Source of the DNA: Squalus acanthias
Lineage: Eukaryota
DNA length: 64,000 nucleotides
Assembly: GCA_030390025.1 (NCBI GenBank)
Contig: CM059432.1
Coordinates: 82,338,001-82,402,000 of the forward strand
Direction of reading: 5' to 3'
Position numbers and translations under genes: made by a program. Below the pieces are notes generated by a model. It was not told the origin of the DNA. It saw only the letters and a list, made by a program, of their open reading frames with translations, and did no database searches. Each line of letters starts with the position of its first letter. The first letter of the stretch is position 1. Below are positions 60,531 through 64,000 of this stretch, one piece after another.

Positions 60531-61629
60531 TAACGAGAGCGATGAATTTAAAGTAATTAAGATCACTAGAGAAAAAGTACTTCAGAAACTAATGGGACTA
60601 AAAGTTGACAAATCCCATGGACCTGATCGCCTACATCCTAGGGTTCTAAAAGAGATAGATTTTTACAGAGTCAGCTGTGGCTCAGTTGGTAGCACTCTCT
60701 CCTCTGAGTCAGAAGGTTGTGGGTTCATGTTCCACTCCAGGGACTTGAGCGCAAAAATTTAGGCTGACACTCCAATGCAGTGCTCAGGGAGTGCTGCACT
60801 GCCGGAGGTGCTATCTTTCGGATGAGATGTTAAACCGAGGCCCCGTCTGCTCTCTCAGGTGGATGTAAAAGATCCCATGGCACTATTTTGAAGAAGAGCA
60901 GGGGGGTTATCCCTGGTGTCCTGGCCAATATTTATCCCTCAATCAACATAACAAAAACAGATTATCTGGTCAGTATCACATTGCTGTTTGTGGGAGCTTG
61001 CTGTGTGCAAATTGGCTGCTGCGTTTCCTACATTACAACAGTGACTACACTTCAAAAGTACTTCATTGGCTGTAAAGCACTTTGGGACGTCCGGTGGTCG
61101 TGAAAGACGCGATATAAATGCAAGTCTTTCTTACTTTCTATTTTTAGATTTTTGGACTCTAGAGGAATCAAGGGATATGGGGATCGGGCGGGAAAGTGGA
61201 GTTGCGGTCGAAGATCAGTCATGATCTTATTGAAAGGCGGAGCAGGCTCGAAGGGCCATATGGCCTACTCCTGCTCCAAATTCTTATGTTCTTATGTAAG
61301 AGTTGGCTGCAGATAGTGGATGCATTGGCTGTGATCTTCAAAAATTCCCTAGATTCTAGAACGGTCCCAGCGGATTGGAAGGTAGCAAATGTAACCCTGC
61401 TATTCAAGAACGGAAAGAGAGAGAAAATAGGGAACTAGAGAGTAGAGATAAACGGGTCGTTTTCAGGTTGGCAGGCTGTAACTGGTGGGGTGCCGCAAGG
61501 ATCAGTGCTTGGGCCTCAGCTATTTACAATCTATATTAACGACTTAGATGAAGGGACTGAGTATAATGTATCCAAGGTTGCTGGTGATAGAAAGCTAGGA
61601 GGAAAAGTAAGCTGTGAGGAGGACACACT
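60531..61629 (+). mobile_element. Fragmented CR1 with a nested DeuSINE and a CR1 3' tail
   Basis: Peptide LMGLKVDKSHGPDRLHPRVLKE resumes at about 61300 as IVDALAVIFKNSLDS. A separate CR1 tail lies at about 61147-61297. Confidence 0.7.
60669..61135 (+). mobile_element. DeuSINE (SacSINE1/AmnSINE1-like), full length
   Basis: tRNA-like head TGGCTCAGTTGG...GGGTTCATGTTCC, central Deu-like domain GGATGAGATGTTAAACCGAGGCCCCGTCTGC, and L2-like tail TATAAATGCAAGTCTTTCTT. Confidence 0.85.
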
Positions 61630-64000
61630 GGGCTAAAATTTCGGGGGTTTAAAGCCACCCGTTACACCAGATTCGGGGGGAAAAATGGCGGCCGCCACTC
61701 TTCCGCCTGCTGCCAGCGGTTCCCGTGACGGCCACCGTTTTTGTGTGGCCAGCAGCGCTGCCGATGTCGGTGCTCGTCAAAATTATGTAGATGATGCAGA
61801 TCGTGACGTCAGTGAGTGTGCAATGCTCAACTGACGCCCGATCTGCGAGTTTTGAACTTCGCCGCTCCACTTACCGGCATGCCTTAAGTGCGACCAGCTG
61901 AGCAAGCGTTGACCAGCAGGAAGGAGGCTCCAGCAGTGGTATTTAAAGAGATCATTAGCAACCACTTGCACCTGACATGTTTCTGCAGTTTGACTGGCTC
62001 TGGGCAACTTTCTGCAACTCCAGCAGCTTTATTAACTTCTTTCAAGGTTCTAAGGTAACAGAGAGTGTTGGGGAAAGTGGAGAACACCTTCATTCTGATT
62101 TAATGGCTTCTGCTCACAACACTTGCTCACATTCATGGGGGCTGTACTGGTAGTCCCCCTCGCACCCGAGTATCTTAGCGAGAGGGAGCGGAGGCAGCGA
62201 CGAAGAGATGATGCGCGCAGAGGGAGGCGGAGGAGGGCTCTCAACAGGAGGCCTTACCCACCTAGGGTCTTCTGAGAGCACTTCTCTTATATCCACTTAA
62301 GCAAGGAGCCGTGTATTAGGAGGCTCCGCTTCACCAAGGAGGTGGTCCTAAAATTCTGCCACCTCCTGCAACCAGACCTGCAGCCTGAGAGCAGGGTGAC
62401 CACGGCTCTCCCAGTGGCAGTCAAGGTCACCGTGGCCCTCAATTTCTTCGCCAGCGGATCCTTCCAGTCTGCAGCAGGAGACATAGCTAACATCTCACAG
62501 TTTGCCGCCCATTGCTGCATCCAGCAGGTCACCGCGGCTCTCTACACCAAGAGAAGGGACTACGTTTTCTTCTCTCTGAGCAGAGAAGCAGGACTAGCGC
62601 GTATGTGGCTTTGCCAGGATAGCGGGCTTCCCCATGGTGCAGGGCGCCGTCGACTGCACCCACGTGGTTTTGCAGGCGCCACATAACAATCCTGAGATTT
62701 TCCGTAACCGTAAAGGCTACCACTCACTTAATGTGCAGTTGATGTGTGACCACGCCCAGTGCTTCCTGATGGTCAATGCCCACTATCCTGGCAGCAGTCA
62801 TGATGCCTTCATCCTACGTCAGTCCGGTGTGCCAGCAATCTTCCAGCCACCACATGAAACTCGAGGGTGGCTGCTTGGAGACAAGGTCTATCCGCTCTGC
62901 ACCTGGCTGATGACTCCCCTCTGCAACCCCACCACTCGTTCCCAGCACTCTTCTGATAAGAGCCATGCTGCCACCAGGAACATCATCGAGCAGACTATCG
63001 GGCTACTGAAGCAACGGTTCCGCTGCCTTGACTGCTCGGGGGTAGCCCTCCAGTACTCACCGGAGCGGGTGTCTCATTTCGTGGTGGGCTGCTGCATGCT
63101 TCACAACTTGGCCATCATGAGGGCACAGCCCTTGCCAGCAGGGATTGCGGGACCACCTCAGGAGGAGGACGAGGGAGAGGAGGAGGAGGAAGAGGAAGAT
63201 GAGCAGGAGGAGGAGGACGAGGAGGGAGGAGGCAGGTAGCCAAACCCATTTCCAGACAGGCTGTCCGTCAACACCTCATCAGACTCCGATTCCAATAAAT
63301 GAAACCCCAGATCCCCGTTGCTCACCACATCCCCATCATACCATCCCTCTGTCACGAAATATCACAGCGTCCTCCTGGGCACAAAGCTGAAATGAGAGAC
63401 ACCACAAAAGGTTCCAAACAAAATTAATAAATTTATCAAAAAACAGTTTACACATATGATATCAACTAATCACCCTTGTGCAATCCTTAGTGCCTGTCGT
63501 TCGGGTGCCATTTCCTGATCTAGTGCTCCTACGAAGTGCTCCCCCAGTGGCTGCAGCATGGCTGGTGGAAGGCTGCTGTGTTTACGTGGCCAAGACTTCA
63601 GATGGCCTTGCAGGATGACCTCGAGCAGCTCTGGCCCTAGAAGGCCCGGCTGTAGACTGCACCACCTCGGCATAGGCAGAAGCAGTCTGGGCTGGCTGGC
63701 TGACAGGCAGCAGCAAGGGCAATGGTGGAGTGGCAGTGGTGGGAACAGGAATGCTGTCATCCTGAGAGAGGACAGCAGGGTCCTGCTCCACTGATCCACT
63801 GCCACTCCCCCGGGGCAGCACCTCAGCATCCCTAGCAATCTGTTGGAGCACGTATTGCTGGGCTGCTGCGACACCCTGCAAGCCCCGGTCGACACTGGTA
63901 AACCCAACCACAATGGCAGCAGTCTGATCTTGGGTGGCAGCAAGCTGAGACTGCATTAGAGCGGTCTGCGCTTCCGCTGCAGCACTAAGACGTTGGGCCG
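61630..64000 (+). mobile_element. Second Harbinger transposon, running off the window edge
   Basis: Left TIR GGGCTAAAATTTC, a transposase relic, and the convergent Myb exon-3 tail at 63470-64000 on the minus strand. Confidence 0.88.
62135..63300 (+). pseudogene. HARBI1-like transposase pseudogene
   Basis: MGAVLVV...RRPYPPRVF* with TGA at 62273-75 (likely CGA>TGA), a frameshift near 62600, then GAVDCTH, LLGDKVY and NIIEQTIG. Confidence 0.88.

Noticed and set aside
60669..60760. Functional tRNA gene
   Set aside because: The tRNA-like boxes run into a multi-copy SINE body and I see no convincing cloverleaf. The same applies to 43751-43840.

Overview
This is eukaryotic vertebrate DNA, most likely a shark or other cartilaginous fish, inferred from the CR1, Zenon-like LINE, DeuSINE, Penelope and Harbinger repeat set. 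The window lies inside the SLCO5A1 (OATP5A1) gene on the minus strand. Two consecutive coding exons (50135-50352 and 507-671) are separated by a 49,463-bp intron, and the rest of the window is intronic. The introns are dominated by transposable elements. There is a dense set of PIF/Harbinger elements, including one near-intact 4.2-kb copy with a frameshifted HARBI1-like DDE transposase and an apparently intact three-exon Myb/SANT partner gene, plus many deletion derivatives and MITEs with readable 3-bp TSDs. Also present are CR1 and CR1-Zenon-like LINEs, L2 fragments, DeuSINEs, a Penelope remnant, two inverted solo LTRs with 4-bp TSDs, an integrase relic, two hAT MITEs and four large minisatellite arrays, at least three of them inside TEs. 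Most ORFs in the supplied track are artefacts of these repeats. Family names come from recognised motifs, not database searches.
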